The position numbers were made by a program, and so were the translations under genes. The notes beneath the pieces are model-generated. The model made no database searches. It saw only the letters and a list, made by a program, of their open reading frames with translations, and was not told the DNA's origin. A stretch of DNA of 63,580 nt, counting the filler, from an uncultured Myxococcia bacterium (lineage in GTDB: Bacteria > CAZTWC01): assembly GCA_964617105.1 (NCBI GenBank). It is 4 parts of 4 records of this genome, joined end to end, with 100 filler letters (N's around TTAATTAATTAA, not from the genome) between each part and the next. Parts side by side here need not be neighbours in the genome. Positions count along the whole stretch, not along the records: positions 48,090 to 63,580 come from CAZTWC010000065.1; 3 more parts are not named here. The stretch is one strand, 5' to 3'. Positions 60,906 through 63,580 of the stretch are shown piece after piece; positions within the stretch are counted from its first letter, which is position 1; every line of letters starts with the position of its first letter.

Positions 60906-61175
60906 ATGGAATATGAGTGGGACGAAAATAAAAGAATTGCAAATATAGCCAAGCACAATGTTGATTTTTCTGAGGCTGAAAATTTTGATTGGTCTTCAGC
61001 CCTGGCAACAGTTGATGATCGGTTCGAATATCAAGAAGAGAGGTGGGTGGCTTTAGGTTTGATAAATAACCGCCTTCATGTTCTTGTTTATGCTTTTCGG
61101 AATGATAATATACGCATTATCAGTCTCCGGCGGGCCAATAAAAGGGAGCAGGATTATTATGAAAAAAAAACCTGA
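60906..61175 (+). CDS. brnT: BrnT family toxin (RNase)
   Basis: MEYEWDENKRIANIAKHNVDF, DDRFEYQEERW, IRIISLRRANKRE. Confidence 0.92.
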   Translation: MEYEWDENKRIANIAKHNVDFSEAENFDWSSALATVDDRFEYQEERWVALGLINNRLHVLVYAFRNDNIRIISLRRANKREQDYYEKKT

Positions 61176-61452
61176 GCACATAAGTCAAAAAGATTGGGAT
61201 GATGTGGCGTCACCTCCTCTTTCAAACGATATGCTGCAAAAATTAAAATCTGTGGGTAAACTACATCCCCAGATACCTGCCAGGGTTAGAGGGCCACAAA
61301 AATTACCGGTGAAAAAACAGCTTACTATTCGGTTGAATCAGGAAATTGTTGACTATTTTAAAAACCAGGGAAAAAGCTGGCAAACACAGATCAATGACGT
61401 CCTGATTGAATATGTAAAGTCGCAAAAATCTGACCGTTCTCGAATCGGATAA
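61159..61452 (+). CDS. brnA: BrnA family antitoxin
   Basis: RGPQKLPVKKQLTIRLNQEIVDYFKNQGKSWQTQINDVL (RHH-type C-terminus); overlaps the brnT stop. Confidence 0.9.
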   Translation: MKKKPEHISQKDWDDVASPPLSNDMLQKLKSVGKLHPQIPARVRGPQKLPVKKQLTIRLNQEIVDYFKNQGKSWQTQINDVLIEYVKSQKSDRSRIG

Positions 61453-61671
61453 ATTTTTTAATGTAAGGTTGTCCACAAGTATCAGCACCATCTCTGCACG
61501 TAGTGCCAGTAAATGATCATCTCCTCTCCATAAATCTCATATTATCAACAAATAAACGGTCGTTAAAACATCAATCATATCAACACGAAAACCTTGACTT
61601 AAGTATTGATATATTATAATATTTAATCCTTAATGTCGGTTTGCTTATTGAACAACTATCTTGAGGTTAAA

Positions 61672-61964
61672 ATGGCTAAAAATAGGTCAAATAAAAAAAT
61701 CATTGGTTATCTTCGAATATCAACCGGCCAGCAGGATTTAGAAAATCAGAGATTCGGAATTTTACGATTAGCAAACCAGCACAATTGGGGGTAAAATTAG
61801 GCCGACCTAAAGGACCCGGAAAGTCTAAACTAGATGGTAAAGAGAAAGAGATAAAGTCTCTTCTGGATAAGGGGGTTGGCATCGCCTCAATAGCTAAGAT
61901 TTACGATTGCTCCTGGCCCTGTGTGAAAAATTTTATTGCCAAAAAAATTAAATTGTCCCCATGA
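61672..61964 (+). pseudogene. Serine recombinase (resolvase) with internal deletion and frameshift
   Basis: MAKNRSNKKIIGYLRISTGQQDLENQ...NWG-stop (61792-61794), joined out of frame to GVKLGRPKG...IASIAKIYDCSWPCVKNFI (HTH). GAGG RBS. Confidence 0.85.
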
Positions 61965-61989
61965 GCCTTTGGTTTCAGTAGCAGTACCA

Positions 61990-62230
61990 ACTCTCTTGTT
62001 TCAGCCAAGGTTTGGGCACCGTCTCCGGTTCTATAGGCTTCCCGCAACTCACTTCTCTTATTCATTGCCTTTTGGGCATTCATCCCTTCAGATGCCCAGC
62101 CTAACCCTTCCTCTTTGAGTTTGTTGTTTATTTTATAGCGAATGGCAAAGTATTTATCAGCTTGACCGTTAAATCGTCTTATGCTATGTTTCCGGTATCC
62201 GACACCGGGATATCGGGTTTTATACCACAT
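61990..62230 (-). pseudogene. Tyrosine integrase N-terminal fragment; catalytic domain deleted
   Basis: MWYKTRYPGVGYRKH...DKYFAIRYKINNKLKEEGLGWASEGMNAQKA...RTGDGAQTLAE matches the N-terminus of deltaproteobacterial site-specific integrases as recalled; adjacent to the att site. Confidence 0.75.
62162..62190 (+). promoter_or_regulatory. Predicted tRNA-Gln promoter embedded antisense in the integrase CDS
   Basis: TTGACC-N17-TATGTT with extended -10 TG; same hexamers at 60526-60554. Confidence 0.65.
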
Positions 62231-62233
62231 TAT

Positions 62234-62307
62234 TCGGGGATCGTATAACGGCAATACGGTAGACTCTGGATCTGCTTATCTAGGTTCGAATCCTAGTCCC
62301 CGAGCCA
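62234..62307 (+). tRNA. tRNA-Gln(CTG)
   Basis: TCGGGGA/TCCCCGA acceptor stem, anticodon arm GTAGA-CTCTGGA-TCTGC, CTAGG-TTCGAAT-CCTAG T arm, encoded CCA. Confidence 0.95.
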
Positions 62308-62317
62308 GCATTATTTC

Positions 62318-62352
62318 AAGGGCTTAGCCAGTTTTGGTTGAGTCCTTTTTTT
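62318..62352 (+). terminator. Rho-independent terminator after tRNA-Gln
   Basis: AAGGGCTTAGCCA-GTTT-TGGTTGAGTCCTT followed by a T-run. Confidence 0.75.
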
Positions 62353-62483
62353 GTTGGTGGATAAGATGTTGCCTCCCACCCCTGCCCCTGTCCAAATATT
62401 TTTTAACTCAAAATAAAGCAGCGTGGTAAAATAATTGATGGCTGGATTTTACGGCGCATTTGATAAATTTGGAGGAACCATTC

Positions 62484-63521
62484 ATGTCTTATCAAGGAAT
62501 AATTGACTTTAGATCCGATACTGTAACCAGGCCGTCAAAAGCGATGATTGAGATGATGGCATCGGCAAAATTGGGCGATGATGTGCTGGGTGATGATCCA
62601 ACCGTAAAATTGTTGGAGGAGAAAACCGCTCAACTTTTTGGCAAAGAGGCGGCCATATTTGTCCCCACGGGGACCCAGGGCAATGTGATTGCCTGCAAAC
62701 TGTGGACCCGGGAGGGGGAGAGAGTGCTTCTGGAGGATCGTTGCCACATCTACAATTTTGAAACTTCTCAACTGGCCATGATCTGTCGACTTATGCCCCG
62801 GCCCCTGGCCTCCAACCTGGGAAAAATTCCTCTGGAGAGGCTGGAGGCGGAGATGGTGATTCCGGAAGATATTCACCTGGCCCGCACCACTCTTTTGGTC
62901 CTGGAAAATACCCATAATTTCTGGAGCGGCGCCATCTTGTCGCCAGATTATCTGGAATCTGCCTACAAACTGGCCCACCAACACGGTTTGAAACTGCACT
63001 TGGACGGAGCCCGCCTTTGGAATGCCGCAGCGGAAACAGATATCCCCCTAAAAAGCTTCACTCAATGGACCGATTCGGTTATGGCTTGCTTCTCTAAGGG
63101 GCTAGGTGCGCCCATTGGCTCTATCTTGGCCGGGCCCGCCGATTTTATCCTGGAAGCCCGGCGAATCCGAAAAATGCTGGGTGGAGGCATGAGGCAGGTG
63201 GGGGGACTGGCGGCGGCAGCCCTCTACGCACTGGAGCACAACCGGGCCCGATTGGTAGAGGATAATCGGCGAGCCAAAAAGATGGCGGAGTTTCTGGCCC
63301 AAATACCGACCCTGGAGGTGAACTTAGAGGCGGTGCAGACAAATATAGTTTTTGTGCGGGTAAAGGAAGAGGGGATGGTGGATAAGTGGTTAGCTTCCCT
63401 GCAAGAGAACGGCGTGTTGACCGAGATCGTGGAAAAAGACACCATCCGCCTGGTAACTCACCTGGATATCGATGATGATGATGTGGAGAGATTTATCAAA
63501 CTGGCAGCAAAGTTTTTTTAA
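62484..63521 (+). CDS. ltaE: Low-specificity L-threonine aldolase
   Basis: DFRSDTVT, GDDVLGDDPT, PTGTQGN, LENTHN, HLDGARL, FSKGLGAP (PLP Lys), GGGMRQ; GGAGG RBS before ATG 62484. Confidence 0.92.
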   Translation: MSYQGIIDFRSDTVTRPSKAMIEMMASAKLGDDVLGDDPTVKLLEEKTAQLFGKEAAIFVPTGTQGNVIACKLWTREGERVLLEDRCHIYNFETSQLAMICRLMPRPLASNLGKIPLERLEAEMVIPEDIHLARTTLLVLENTHNFWSGAILSPDYLESAYKLAHQHGLKLHLDGARLWNAAAETDIPLKSFTQWTDSVMACFSKGLGAPIGSILAGPADFILEARRIRKMLGGGMRQVGGLAAAALYALEHNRARLVEDNRRAKKMAEFLAQIPTLEVNLEAVQTNIVFVRVKEEGMVDKWLASLQENGVLTEIVEKDTIRLVTHLDIDDDDVERFIKLAAKFF

Positions 63522-63580
63522 CAGCCCGTTCTCTAAAATGTGTACAAATCTGTACACGGCTTAGTTCCTGCTTCATCGAG

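Larger units (their letters stand above)
60637..62272. mobile_element. Decayed tRNA-Gln-targeting integrative element (1636 bp)
   Basis: Bounded by tRNA 5'-half repeats; carries BrnTA, a deleted resolvase and a truncated integrase. Confidence 0.82.

Noticed and set aside
61901-62254. 117-aa ORF with its track start inside the tRNA
   Set aside because: The plausible start is ATG 62230, and the C-terminal ~30 residues are read-through into the antisense resolvase remnant.

Overview
The window is four separate contigs (1-15989, 16090-32001, 32102-47989, 48090-63580) joined by artificial 100-nt spacers (N44-TTAATTAATTAA-N44). Adjacency across the spacers is therefore not biological. Gene content suggests an anaerobic deltaproteobacterium-like genome (inference). 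Contig 1: nadB, three uncharacterised envelope genes, and a complete reductive pyrimidine catabolism operon extended by a Zn-ADH and a YgeW-like carbamoyltransferase. Contig 2: a GltC/GltD/GltE-like TPR cluster, PFOR, recR-ybaB-dnaX (with an A10 slippage run), SRP RNA and tRNA-Ser(GGA). Contig 3: a probably chimeric AMP-ligase fragment, a DEAD-box helicase, EF-G plus a P-loop protein, a UbiA-like/RPH-like/GNAT-like cluster, a sigma54-driven small secreted protein, split transketolase and partial dus. Contig 4: group-3b-type hydrogenase subunits, an APC-TrkA fusion, two AAA/DUF4143 ATPases, a hybrid kinase, an MGL-like enzyme, ltaE, and a decayed 1.64-kb island at tRNA-Gln(CTG). The most striking structure is that island. 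It replaced the 5' half of the tRNA, and the tRNA's promoter and leader hairpin lie antisense inside the integrase coding sequence, which starts 3 nt from the tRNA. The same arrangement recurs at the displaced half, implying serial integrations. All protein calls come from motif recognition by eye; no database searches were run.
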